A stretch of DNA of 64,000 bases, taken from assembly GCA_038064515.1 (NCBI GenBank), contig JBBTSY010000004.1, positions 96,585 through 160,584 on the forward strand, given 5' to 3'. Position numbers and translations under genes: made by a program. This document shows, piece after piece, positions 38,200 through 48,074 of the stretch (position 1 is the stretch's first letter; every line of letters begins with the position of its first letter). The notes under the pieces are model-generated. The model made no database searches, had not been told where the DNA came from, and saw only the letters and a program-made list of their open reading frames with translations. The stretch is from Patescibacteria group bacterium. Its GTDB lineage: Bacteria > Patescibacteriota > Minisyncoccia > 2-02-FULL-40-12 > GWA2-44-9.

Positions 38200-39378
38200 T
38201 TATAAGCTTTGAAAGAAGTCTTCTAATCGTTCGCCGACTGATTGATTGCTGAAGTGATCCAAAATATATTGCCGGGCTTCTAAACCCATCTGCTTTCTCT
38301 CTTCAGTATTAACGGCCAATCGCTCCATCGCTCGTGCCAATGCATTATCATCCCCCGGAGGAACGAGGATGCCCGTTTTATTGTTTATCACAGTCTCACT
38401 TAAAGAACCACTCGCCGTAGTAATGACAGGGGTACCACATGCTTGAGCCTGTAACATAAGCAACCCAAATTGTTCTTCCCAACCTTCGTATGGCTGTGAT
38501 GGGTGGATCATGACATCTGCTTGGGCATACAATGGCGCAAGCTCATTTACTGGCTGCCACGGAAGAACAGTGACACTATTTTGAATCCCTAAGTCTTTAA
38601 TTGTTTGATCAACCTGATTTTTGAGTTCTCCCATACCAATAAACAGAAGGTGGGTCGCGGGAACTTTTTTATGCGTCTCCGCAAACGCTCTTAGAGTAGG
38701 GAGGGGGCCCTTGCGTTCAGTAAACGTGGCGGAATAAACAAAAATAACCTTATCGCCTAAAGAGTACCTGTCACGCAAATTTGTAGAACTTATTGGCTTA
38801 AATACATCGGTATCAATCCCAGTTTGAGGGATAACGGCTGTCTTCAATTTTGGATTCTCCTTAAAGTATGGCTTATGAATCTCAAATGCTCTTTCCATAC
38901 CACAGAGACTGCCAGCACTCAATCGAATGTTTTGATGAAGCAGCCACTCGGTTATTCGCAACTTCATCCCCGACATCCTCTCCTTGTATGAGACATTTTG
39001 CCAGGTAAAAAAAACGTGCTTCATCCCTAATTTTTTTGCCAGTCTGCTATATAAATACGTAACGAGAAGATTCGGCTCGTATGAACTATAGAGAATGTCT
39101 CCAGGTCTTGCATGAGATCGTAGAATTGCGCCTAATCCCGGCATCCACCCCTTAAGATGTCCCCGAATGAGTGGGTAGGTTGAATGATAAAAAGGAGCTG
39201 GAGTAGTAAATGTTGCGAAACCTTCGCGTATTTTCGGATATACAATCACCTTCTTACCCTTAGTAGATTTCCATTCTTTGGGCAAAACAAAGACGAGTTG
39301 CTCTTTATTTTTAAAGTAATCAAAGACTGGATAGTTATGTTCGTATATGTATGTATAGGCAACAACGAAAATCTTCAT
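38200..39378 (-). CDS. GT4 glycosyltransferase. Start trimmed to MKIFVVAY… to remove the overlap with the next gene.
   Basis: …EGWEEQFGLLMLQAQACGTPVITT…. Confidence 0.65.
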   Translation of the reverse strand: MKIFVVAYTYIYEHNYPVFDYFKNKEQLVFVLPKEWKSTKGKKVIVYPKIREGFATFTTPAPFYHSTYPLIRGHLKGWMPGLGAILRSHARPGDILYSSYEPNLLVTYLYSRLAKKLGMKHVFFTWQNVSYKERMSGMKLRITEWLLHQNIRLSAGSLCGMERAFEIHKPYFKENPKLKTAVIPQTGIDTDVFKPISSTNLRDRYSLGDKVIFVYSATFTERKGPLPTLRAFAETHKKVPATHLLFIGMGELKNQVDQTIKDLGIQNSVTVLPWQPVNELAPLYAQADVMIHPSQPYEGWEEQFGLLMLQAQACGTPVITTASGSLSETVINNKTGILVPPGDDNALARAMERLAVNTEERKQMGLEARQYILDHFSNQSVGERLEDFFQSL

Positions 39379-39379
39379 C

Positions 39380-39994
39380 TTATTCAGTAACGTAGAAGCA
39401 AATCTGGAGGCCAAACAGATTGGGCCACCAATCTCGCAAAGGCTTTCTTCCGTTGGATGATTTAATTCTTTTGACCTTAAACCCCAGCATATTAATTGTC
39501 CTTTCAAAATCCTTTACCGACCAATACCGCAAATGCTCTTTGGGAGCTATCGCCCACTGCTTAGGAAATTTCCCCAAAAGCAATTCTAATCGGAATTTCC
39601 AATATGCCGTATTGGGGATAGAAACCATAACTCCTTTTTTGGCAATTCTCATCGCATCGGCCAATACCTCTTCGGAGTTTACGATATGCTCCAAAAATTC
39701 GGACATAATAATATAATCAAAGCTCTTATCGGGAAAATCAATTGTTTCATCTATGGCTAAGTAGCGAGTTTTGAGTCCTCTTTTTTCGGCTATCTCTAGT
39801 GCCGCTTTCGAAATATCGCATCCGGTATAATCCACTCCATTTTTCTGCACCAAAAACTCCCCAAAAGACCCGTCACCACAGCCAATATCCAAGACACTGG
39901 AACCATTCTCTATCCACTCTGAAAAAATGTTATACCGCGGACGCGATCCGGACTTACCTCTTATCTGCCAATATTCTTCGTAAAAATTTTTCAC
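39380..39994 (-). CDS. SAM-dependent methyltransferase.
   Basis: VLDIGCGDGSFGEFL. Confidence 0.6.
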   Translation of the reverse strand: MKNFYEEYWQIRGKSGSRPRYNIFSEWIENGSSVLDIGCGDGSFGEFLVQKNGVDYTGCDISKAALEIAEKRGLKTRYLAIDETIDFPDKSFDYIIMSEFLEHIVNSEEVLADAMRIAKKGVMVSIPNTAYWKFRLELLLGKFPKQWAIAPKEHLRYWSVKDFERTINMLGFKVKRIKSSNGRKPLRDWWPNLFGLQICFYVTE

Positions 39995-39997
39995 GGT

Positions 39998-41038
39998 TCA
40001 CAATAATTTTTCACCTATCTGCTTGAGCTCTCTGCCCAATATTTCAGGGGTGGCAAATCTTTTGAATTTATTATATGCGTTATCGGCCAAGCTTTCTCTT
40101 AATCCCGGGTTGTTTTTTAATTTTAGTATTGCCGAAGCAAGATTTTCTGGATTTGATTGAATAAGAATCATATCACCTTCATTAAACAATTCCCTTATTG
40201 CCGGCGTGTCGGCCGTAATAATAGGCTTCCTCATTGCCGCGTATTCATATACTTTATTGGGTATTACTCTATTAGTCTTGGCTGTTTGACCGAAAACGCC
40301 CAGGCAAATATTCCCTTGATTTATATACTCGGGCAATTTACCATATTCTACCCGATTTATAAAATTAACATTCTTTATTTCCAAGTCGCCAGCTAATTTT
40401 TTTATTTCTGGATAGGTTTGCCCATCGCCAAGAATATTGAATTTGATTTCATCGTTCTCAAGAAGTTTAGCGGCTTTTATTATACAATCTATGCCCTGGA
40501 GAGGTATAAACGAGCCGTGAAAGTGAACGGCGAATGCGGAATTATTGCGCCCCTCTCTTGGATGAAAAACTTTTTCATCGGTTCCGACAAAAACTCTCCT
40601 GAACTTATCATTTTTGATTCTAAATTCTTTTGCGGCATAGCTAATATGCTCGTTGGTATCGAATAATACACTATCGGCCAAACGCATTGATAGCCAGTCC
40701 AAAAACCAGTAGTAGTGCGCCAAAAAGCTGCCGGGAATAATAATCTTGCGATCATATACATTTGAATCATATAGCGATATAAATGCGTCAAATATAATGG
40801 GTTTTGAAGTAATAAGCCATGCAAACGGTACGATGATCTGCCCCAGAAATCCCACTACCATGACATCATAATCACCCCGAACCTGCCAATGCTTGCGGAA
40901 CAACCGGATGAACTTCAAAATGCCAGGCGAATTATCCTGACACTCGATAATTTCTACACCGTTCTGGCGAAGACCGCTCATAAGGACACGGTTACGTGCA
41001 TATAACGGATCGTACATGCCAAAATAAAGAACTCTCAT
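39998..41038 (-). CDS. GT4 glycosyltransferase.
   Basis: GT-B layout; …VYEYAAMRKPIITAD…. Confidence 0.6.
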   Translation of the reverse strand: MRVLYFGMYDPLYARNRVLMSGLRQNGVEIIECQDNSPGILKFIRLFRKHWQVRGDYDVMVVGFLGQIIVPFAWLITSKPIIFDAFISLYDSNVYDRKIIIPGSFLAHYYWFLDWLSMRLADSVLFDTNEHISYAAKEFRIKNDKFRRVFVGTDEKVFHPREGRNNSAFAVHFHGSFIPLQGIDCIIKAAKLLENDEIKFNILGDGQTYPEIKKLAGDLEIKNVNFINRVEYGKLPEYINQGNICLGVFGQTAKTNRVIPNKVYEYAAMRKPIITADTPAIRELFNEGDMILIQSNPENLASAILKLKNNPGLRESLADNAYNKFKRFATPEILGRELKQIGEKLL

Positions 41039-42081
41039 GGGAATAGATTAAGGATGCGTTTTATGACTTGAGGAATGTTATGCCTTTTGGCATTTTGCCG
41101 AAGAGCTTCACTTATAGCCTCCTTGGCGTTATTATCCAGCGCAACAAGATGTTGTATCTTTGAAACAAGATCGGCTACATCGCCATGAGAGAATAATAAT
41201 TGATCAGCGTATTGCCCGAAATCAGATTTAAATGCGGGATTTGATGTTAAAGTCAAGCAACCTGCCGCCATGGACTCTAGCACCACTTTATCTAGCCCTC
41301 CACGCGGCGTAAGGTTTACCGTAATATGCGCCTGGCGATATATATCAGGCAGTTTATTGTACGGCATAACGCCGGTGAATTCTATAAGATCTTCAATGTT
41401 TAATGTACGCACAAGATTTTTTAAAGACATTAGATAGCTCTCCTCCTCCTTTCTGCCGATCTGACCAATGATTCGAATATGCAAAGGCATTATCTCTCGC
41501 AATTGTGTAGCGGCACGAATTAATGTTTCTAAATTTTTAATAGGCGAGATGCGCCCTACGCTGATAATCTCCCAGCGTTCTGGAGTATTCCAGCTTCTCT
41601 GGCTCGAGAATGCTTCGATATCAATACCATGCCCGGTCTCTATAATTTTTTTACTTGCGATCGACAAGCTTTCCTTCAACGCCGTGACAATTCGATAACA
41701 AAGCTTCTCTGCGATTCGCAATCGCAACGTTACTGCCCGATGCAGATACCAGAAAATAATTCTTTTCCTAAAAAGCATTGCAACCGGCCAAGTAGCAATA
41801 ACAAATACAGGTGCCATGTGCGCAAAAATTCCATTACTCGCAGGTATCACTTTGAAAAGATAATAATAAAATCGAAAAAATTGGGTAAGCTTTGAAGTCC
41901 CGTATTCTCTTCCAAGAGAATACACGGTTACATTACTAGGTAAATCGTAATTGCCTGCCTTGAGGGTTATAACAGAAACCCTCTCAACTTGATGTGCCAT
42001 CTCTCGCAACCACGATACGAAAAATCCCAACAGATCTTCGTTGGAATCCACTTTCTGGGTTATGACAATGAGATGCTTCAT
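41035..42081 (-). CDS. GT4 glycosyltransferase.
   Basis: …GGLDKVVLESMAAGCLTLTS…. Confidence 0.6.
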   Translation of the reverse strand: MKHLIVITQKVDSNEDLLGFFVSWLREMAHQVERVSVITLKAGNYDLPSNVTVYSLGREYGTSKLTQFFRFYYYLFKVIPASNGIFAHMAPVFVIATWPVAMLFRKRIIFWYLHRAVTLRLRIAEKLCYRIVTALKESLSIASKKIIETGHGIDIEAFSSQRSWNTPERWEIISVGRISPIKNLETLIRAATQLREIMPLHIRIIGQIGRKEEESYLMSLKNLVRTLNIEDLIEFTGVMPYNKLPDIYRQAHITVNLTPRGGLDKVVLESMAAGCLTLTSNPAFKSDFGQYADQLLFSHGDVADLVSKIQHLVALDNNAKEAISEALRQNAKRHNIPQVIKRILNLFP

Positions 42082-43175
42082 AGAAGAGATCGAATGCCTT
42101 CGGCATATGCTTGAATACTTTTTACTCGCTCAAACTGTGAGGCAATCACTAAACCCTGATCGCGGAGGCGTTGGTAATATTCTGGATTGCTGAGCAGTTT
42201 ATCTATGCCTTCTTTAATATCATGTGCATTCCACCCCACAACATACCCCGATTCGCCATGAACGATAACGTCGTGCACGATCCCTACGGGCGTTGCAATG
42301 ACGGGAACGCCACATGCCATCGCTTCCAGCACGACACGCGGGCCACCTTCATTGTATGATGGCATAATTAAAATCCTTGAACGATTCATAACATGGGCAA
42401 TTTCTTGAGAGTTAGCGGCCCAGCCGTGAAGTTGAATACGGTTTTGGAGCTGATATTTTTCAATATACTTTTCGATGCGCGCCCGAGCTGGACCCTCTCC
42501 CACAATGTACGCTCTGCCGGAGAGCTGACGTACGGCATCAAGAAATAGGAAAACGCCCTTATTATCGACAAGCCGAGCCACAAAAAGGTAGTCGATATCT
42601 TTGGTGATATCTCGAAGAGTGAATACTTCAAGATCAATGTAGAAAGCCGGGATGTACACAATCTTGTTCTCGGGAACTCCGCCAGAAATCAGAAATCGGG
42701 GAGTCTGGGTACGGTTGATCACCCTAATTTTTGTGGCGGGCTTAGCATCGAACCGGATAAGAGCTTTCGTAAGAAATCGGTATATCAGCTCTTTAACATT
42801 GCCTGCTTTAGGGTATCCCGCGATGTGCATTATTTCAAGCAGGTATGGTATCCCAATTTTTCGGTGGAGTAGCCACGCACCTATGCCATTATAGAACGGC
42901 GGATACTCGTGAACGGTCATTACGTCAAATGTCTGCTTTCGGTGAAGCTGTAGCCCTTTTTTGAGAATGTACAGAGGTTGTAGGATAAGCGGCCAGGGCG
43001 ACGAATGGATGTAGACATTGCCAAAGAGTACCTGGGACACGCTCATGCCGATAGACGGAGTAATCACATCAATCCGCTCCCAATGTTTATGGAATTCTTC
43101 CAGAGTATTGCAAAATGGTCCGCGGCGGCCCCGAGCAATGGCGCGATCTCCGCTAATCATGAGAAGTCTAGACAT
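42078..43175 (-). CDS. GT4 glycosyltransferase.
   Basis: …NEGGPRVVLEAMACGVPVIATPVG…. Confidence 0.65.
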   Translation of the reverse strand: MSRLLMISGDRAIARGRRGPFCNTLEEFHKHWERIDVITPSIGMSVSQVLFGNVYIHSSPWPLILQPLYILKKGLQLHRKQTFDVMTVHEYPPFYNGIGAWLLHRKIGIPYLLEIMHIAGYPKAGNVKELIYRFLTKALIRFDAKPATKIRVINRTQTPRFLISGGVPENKIVYIPAFYIDLEVFTLRDITKDIDYLFVARLVDNKGVFLFLDAVRQLSGRAYIVGEGPARARIEKYIEKYQLQNRIQLHGWAANSQEIAHVMNRSRILIMPSYNEGGPRVVLEAMACGVPVIATPVGIVHDVIVHGESGYVVGWNAHDIKEGIDKLLSNPEYYQRLRDQGLVIASQFERVKSIQAYAEGIRSLL

Positions 43176-43226
43176 AGTATTAATTTTGAATGATGAATTT
43201 AGAATTTCGAATCAATGACTGAATTT

Positions 43227-43616
43227 TCAATTTTCAAACTTTTTTGATCTTGATGAGCTAATGATTCTACCAAAAATTAAAACTAGCTCTCCACACTCCT
43301 GCTTCAAAGCTTGCATCGATGCAAGCTGGTTATCGTAGAAGTCCAGCATCCTAAGCCAATGCTTTGTTTCTTGACATTCTTTCTTACAGATAGATATCTT
43401 GTTAATAAAATCTTTCTTTGAAGATGCGGCATTTGCTTCCATATAGTTGGCTCCGATACTAGTACCAGACCTGATAATTTGGTTGATGAGTGGCCCAGAA
43501 ATATTATTTACCTTCATGCTCTTACATAAACTAATAATATTCTGCCCAAATATAGCCGTCCTCTCTTCTAGGTCATAAATTCGTTTTTTGTCTTCATTCA
43601 TTCTAATTTTATTCAA
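43227..43616 (-). CDS. Four-helix-bundle protein (the family known from 23S rRNA intervening sequences).
   Basis: …IRSGTSIGANYMEANAASSKKDFINKISICKKECQETKHWLRM… matches the diagnostic motif of that family. Confidence 0.65.
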   Translation of the reverse strand: MNKIRMNEDKKRIYDLEERTAIFGQNIISLCKSMKVNNISGPLINQIIRSGTSIGANYMEANAASSKKDFINKISICKKECQETKHWLRMLDFYDNQLASMQALKQECGELVLIFGRIISSSRSKKFEN

Positions 43617-43625
43617 AATTTATAA

Positions 43626-44786
43626 TTATAAATTCGAAATTAATAAGGCAGTTGTCTCATTTTCCATTTTAGTTACATTTAATTTCCGGAGCGTATTGCT
43701 TCCTTCTTCAACAAATTTTTCTCGGATGTCCGGCATCGCCCATAGCGTTTTAATGGCTTCGATGAGATTGAATTCGTCGTTGTATTTTACCAAGAAACCA
43801 TTTTCGCCCTGCTGAATAATTTCTCGATTCCCGCCTACTGCTGTGGTGATAATAGGAACTCGAGCGGCCATAACTTCTAATAGCTGGTGCGAGAAACCTT
43901 CATAACCGGTATTAAGGACGAATAAATCGGCGGCCGCGAGGTACGTGGCAAGCTCTTCGCTTCGCTTCTTCCCCACTAGATAAACTTTCCGATCAAGGCC
44001 CAGGTTTTTTACCATCGCCTGGAGAATCTGAAATTCAGGGCCATCACCGATAATAACCAGCCTAAAGAATTGATTTACCCGCAGTAGTTGAGGCATTATC
44101 TTGATGAGCATGCGGAATCCTTTCCAGGGAACCATGCGACCCGCTGATACGATTATGTTACCTGAAATGCCGATCTGCTTGCGCGCTTCCTCTTTCGATA
44201 GTGGAGAGGGTTCAAATTCAACTCCGTTATAAATCACGGTGATGGCATCCTTGCTAACGCCCCAGCCTCGCACAATTTCCGAAAGATATATCGAAGGAAC
44301 TATGATACGAGCGGCATGTCCGCACACCCATATCTGAATCCGGTGAATAATGCCAATCCATCCTCGGCGCGGTTCTTTCTGGAAATCATTGATTAGAAGA
44401 TTAGTTTTTCCTGACTGAATTGCCGTCTCCCAGGCACGATCGCCTACGATTTTCACGATATATTTCTTTTTGAAAAATCGAGATGCCACGAGTGCCGTTG
44501 GCCCCGCGTTAATGGCATTTAATGCGAAAATTAGATCATGATTTTTCGCCGCAAAGAAAACTTTTATCGCGTAGATTGCGTGCCGCACCGGCCATGGCCA
44601 CTTCTTCCAAATTCTGACTACGGCAAATGGCAGGGATTTGTCTCCCTGATCGCTCCACACCGATGAATAGGTGATAACCGTCACACCGTGTGCCTGGGCA
44701 AGTTTCTTACCAATTATTTGAGCATACGATGCCGGCCCGCCAATCTCGGGACTAAAAATCCCTGTTATAATAAGAAGCTTCTTCAT
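43626..44786 (-). CDS. GT4 glycosyltransferase.
   Basis: …GYEGFSHQLLEVMAARVPIITT…. Confidence 0.65.
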   Translation of the reverse strand: MKKLLIITGIFSPEIGGPASYAQIIGKKLAQAHGVTVITYSSVWSDQGDKSLPFAVVRIWKKWPWPVRHAIYAIKVFFAAKNHDLIFALNAINAGPTALVASRFFKKKYIVKIVGDRAWETAIQSGKTNLLINDFQKEPRRGWIGIIHRIQIWVCGHAARIIVPSIYLSEIVRGWGVSKDAITVIYNGVEFEPSPLSKEEARKQIGISGNIIVSAGRMVPWKGFRMLIKIMPQLLRVNQFFRLVIIGDGPEFQILQAMVKNLGLDRKVYLVGKKRSEELATYLAAADLFVLNTGYEGFSHQLLEVMAARVPIITTAVGGNREIIQQGENGFLVKYNDEFNLIEAIKTLWAMPDIREKFVEEGSNTLRKLNVTKMENETTALLISNL

Positions 44787-45067
44787 CCTGTAGTAGAATT
44801 TTGATTAATTTTTCGATTATATAAATAATCTTTAATTCTAGATTTAATTAAACGTCCGCCTTGGGTAGTCTTTAGATATTTCTCTCTTCGCTTAGCGTCA
44901 CTTTCTTCTAGGCAAGCTTCGTAATAAATTAGTTTCCACGGCATATACCTTTTGGTCGAAAAATTCAATCCTCGATTATGTTCTAATAGGCGTTGCTTTA
45001 AGTCGGAGGTGAAACCAGTATATAGTTCGCCATTCATTTCACTTTGGATAATGTAGGTATAGAACAT
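44783..45067 (-). CDS. GIY-YIG nuclease-family small protein; second copy in the window.
   Basis: MFYTYIIQSEMNGELYTGFTSDLKQRLLEHN. Confidence 0.65.
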   Translation of the reverse strand: MFYTYIIQSEMNGELYTGFTSDLKQRLLEHNRGLNFSTKRYMPWKLIYYEACLEESDAKRREKYLKTTQGGRLIKSRIKDYLYNRKINQNSTTG

Positions 45068-45094
45068 AATCAGATCAAAATTTCACTACGGGAT

Positions 45095-46231
45095 TCATGA
45101 TACATGATCATAGACTGACCGCATTGCCGTGGCAACCTGGTTCCAATGGTAGCGCTGTGAAACAAGTATTCGAGCTGTCGAGATAATGTGACTCCTAAGC
45201 GGCTCGTCTTCAAATACTATTTTTATGGCTCGGACGATATCGCTAGGACTGTGAGGATCGCATACCATTCCGGTTTCCCGATCTTTTAGGAAATCGGGGA
45301 TGCCGCCCACATCCGAACCAACCACTGGAACGCCGGCCGCCATTGCTTCCAAAAAAGCATTGCCAAGCCCTTCCGAGTAGGAAGGGCGGACAAATGCGTC
45401 GGCAACAGCTAAGTATCGAGGAAGATGATCATAAACTATTTCTCCGACCCAGCGGATATCGTTTTTAACCCCAAGGTTCTCTGCTAATCGTATAAGATCT
45501 TCTCTAAGCGGCCCCGCTCCTGCGAGAATAAGCACTGCTGGTCTGGATTGTTTCAGCTCGGCAAACGCGCGGATAAGATTATCGATGCCGTTTTTTTGAA
45601 TAAGGCGAGATACGGAAATAAGAACCGATATTCCAAAGGGAATTCCAAGCTGTTGTTTTAGTTTTAATTGTTCTTCATCAGAAACTTTCTCGGTAAAAAG
45701 CTCGATATCGACACCGTTAGGAATGACGTTTACTAAAAGCGATGGGCGCACGGAATGTATGAATCGCTCTAGATAAGTACTGATAGCCGTAGCATAATCA
45801 GCCCGAGCAATTATAAGCCTGCGAAAAAATCGAACTGCCAGAGATTGGGCATTCAGGTCCTTGCCTTCCTGCAGGGTAAGGATAAAAGGAATGGGCTTGA
45901 ACCACCGAAGAAGCCAAGCGGCGCTTGCGCCGTACGAGGCCTGATAAGCATGACTAGCATGATAGCGGCCTGCGGCTGTTAACTGGTATCCCCGAAAAAA
46001 ACCTAAAATCGGAAACAAGTATTTATCCAAAAAGGAACCGAAACCGACCCGATGGATCGTGTTGTTGGTTTGACGTTCGTCGTGTAGATCGTTTCGATAC
46101 CGAGGAGTGATAATATCAAAAAACATATCGGGTAATCGACTTGCAATTTGCTCAATAGCGATTTCGGAACCTCCCACAAACGGCCGGTAGGCAGTTGAAA
46201 AAATAAGGATTTTCTTTGATTTTTCGGGCAT
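45095..46231 (-). CDS. GT4 glycosyltransferase.
   Basis: …SEGLGNAFLEAMAAGVPVVGSDVGG…. Confidence 0.65.
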   Translation of the reverse strand: MPEKSKKILIFSTAYRPFVGGSEIAIEQIASRLPDMFFDIITPRYRNDLHDERQTNNTIHRVGFGSFLDKYLFPILGFFRGYQLTAAGRYHASHAYQASYGASAAWLLRWFKPIPFILTLQEGKDLNAQSLAVRFFRRLIIARADYATAISTYLERFIHSVRPSLLVNVIPNGVDIELFTEKVSDEEQLKLKQQLGIPFGISVLISVSRLIQKNGIDNLIRAFAELKQSRPAVLILAGAGPLREDLIRLAENLGVKNDIRWVGEIVYDHLPRYLAVADAFVRPSYSEGLGNAFLEAMAAGVPVVGSDVGGIPDFLKDRETGMVCDPHSPSDIVRAIKIVFEDEPLRSHIISTARILVSQRYHWNQVATAMRSVYDHVS

Positions 46232-46254
46232 TGGATGTTAGTATATTGCCACAA

Positions 46255-47478
46255 ATGAAGCCTCAAAGCAACCAGTCAGAAACATTCAAACTACCGCGTA
46301 AAAAGCGGGTATTATTCGTTATCACCCAGTCGGAGATGGGCGGCGCTCAACAGTTCCTTGCTCAACTCATTAACCGCCTCAATCCCCAGGAATTCGATTG
46401 TTCGGTCGTGGTCGGGGTGGATGGGGACCATAGCCTCAAATCTATCTTACCCGATATTGTGCCGTATCGAATCGCCCGGCACCTTCGCCGCGATCCAGAT
46501 ATTATTAGTGACATCAGATCCTTGTTTGAACTGCGGGCCATTTTCAAAGAAGAAAGGCCGGATATTATCTTTCTCAACAGCTCGAAAGCGGGATTTAATG
46601 GAAGCTGGGCCGCCAGCGCTCTGCCATTTCGTCTAACGGGAGTACGCGTTATTTATCGCATCGGCGGCTGGCAGTTCAACGATCCGCTTCCTCGCTGGAA
46701 ACAATTATTCTATATCTTTCTTGAAAAGGTAAGCGCCCGCTGGAAAGATGTAATCATCGTAAACAACCAAAGAGATTTAGCCGATGCTCAACGACTCAAC
46801 ATCAAGCCGCGCTACAGTCTTAAACTCATACATAACGGCATCACTCCGTATTTGGAGATCCCCGATAAGGAAACGGCCCGAGTCCAGTTGATCAGCGATG
46901 CCGCAAAATCAGCGCTCAATGGCCAAGCCGCACTTTTCCAAACACCCTATATCGTAGGGACAATCGCGAATTTCTATGCCACAAAAGGATTGTCGGTTCT
47001 CGTCGATGCCGCCGCCAAGGTACGCAGTGATGCGGTGTTTATAATAATCGGTGACGGCGAATTACGCCCCGCCCTGGAACAGCAAATCACCAATTTAGGA
47101 TTGACCAAAAAAGTATTCCTTTTAGGCAAGAAGCCTCGAGCAACTGATTATATCTCCGGCTTTGATCTATTTGTCCTGCCTTCATTGAAAGAAGGATTTC
47201 CTTGGACACTCCTTGAAGCCATAGCCGCCAAAATCCCCGTTATCGCCGCGCGGACAGGAGCCGTGCCGGAGATTATCGAGTCGGGAAGGAACGGCATTAT
47301 CGTGCCTCCTGGCGATGCCGAAAAACTAGCTCAAGCGATTGATGAACTTATAGAGAATCCCCGCCTCGGCCAAGAAATGGCGATCCAAGCCCACCAGAAT
47401 CTGATCAGAAATTTCAGCCTTCATGGCATGATTCAGCGTTATGAACACCTTCTTAGAAGCCAGAGCCCATCTCGATAA
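46255..47478 (+). CDS. GT4 glycosyltransferase. The internal Met at 46255 is taken as the start; the ORF track start at 46216 would overlap the divergent upstream gene.
   Basis: …KEGFPWTLLEAIAAKIPVIAARTGAVPEII…. Confidence 0.65.
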   Translation: MKPQSNQSETFKLPRKKRVLFVITQSEMGGAQQFLAQLINRLNPQEFDCSVVVGVDGDHSLKSILPDIVPYRIARHLRRDPDIISDIRSLFELRAIFKEERPDIIFLNSSKAGFNGSWAASALPFRLTGVRVIYRIGGWQFNDPLPRWKQLFYIFLEKVSARWKDVIIVNNQRDLADAQRLNIKPRYSLKLIHNGITPYLEIPDKETARVQLISDAAKSALNGQAALFQTPYIVGTIANFYATKGLSVLVDAAAKVRSDAVFIIIGDGELRPALEQQITNLGLTKKVFLLGKKPRATDYISGFDLFVLPSLKEGFPWTLLEAIAAKIPVIAARTGAVPEIIESGRNGIIVPPGDAEKLAQAIDELIENPRLGQEMAIQAHQNLIRNFSLHGMIQRYEHLLRSQSPSR

Positions 47479-47502
47479 TGCTTTTCATGCCTACAGTATT
47501 TT

Positions 47503-47525
47503 GCCTGCCTGCCAGCCAGGCAGGT
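47503..47525. repeat. REP-like palindrome gcctgcctg-ccagc-caggcaggt. It belongs to the CCTGCCTG…CAGGCAGG family.
   Basis: Seen directly. Relatives are at 56556-56573, 56618-56635, 57609-57646 and 59918-59946. Confidence 0.4.
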
Positions 47526-47544
47526 CACCTTCGTTCGCGATCGT

Positions 47545-47913
47545 TCATTGAGTCAATTCCTTTAAAAGTCGAGAAAACCGATCCTTGAAATCTTGATTTA
47601 TCGCATAGGGCAATCCTGTCTGGAGATTCGCTACCGCCGCATTATTATCGCCAAGCGCCACATGAAGTACAGCCGCGTTATAGTAAATTGCCGGATCGTC
47701 AGGGTGTTCTTTTTGCATGACATCTATAAGAGTAAGCGCTTTTTTAAATTCTCCCCGCTGGGTATAAATACTCACCAGATGACCATCGGCTAAATATGAC
47801 GCGGAGGCATACTGAAGTGTTTCTCGGCTGGCCTGAAAATAAAAAAATCCGCCTAAGGCTGCGAACACAGCGACAATAAGGAGCGGCAATTTCCATCGGC
47901 GGAGCATAGGCAT
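47545..47913 (-). CDS. Small membrane-anchored TPR-like protein.
   Basis: N-terminal TM (LPLLIVAVFAALGGFFYF), then TPR-like helices (…AIYYNAAVLHVALGDNNAAVANL…). Confidence 0.45.
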   Translation of the reverse strand: MPMLRRWKLPLLIVAVFAALGGFFYFQASRETLQYASASYLADGHLVSIYTQRGEFKKALTLIDVMQKEHPDDPAIYYNAAVLHVALGDNNAAVANLQTGLPYAINQDFKDRFSRLLKELTQ

Positions 47914-48034
47914 AACCCTTACTATACACGAAAAGCGGAATTACTCCTGTGTACAAATAAAACCCGCCCCTGGCCGGGCAGACCCGAAGGACAGGCTTCA
48001 CTCTTTACGAGGTTCAATCTCGTAAATTAACGTT

Positions 48035-48069
48035 TTACAAGGTCGTTTTTACAAGGTCGAACCTTGTAA
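48035..48069. promoter_or_regulatory. Operator-like site. The half-site TTACAAGGTCG is repeated directly and then forms the perfect palindrome TACAAGGTCGAACCTTGTA, about 100 nt upstream of the TPR gene.
   Basis: Seen directly in the sequence. Confidence 0.35.
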
Positions 48070-48074
48070 ATTAA

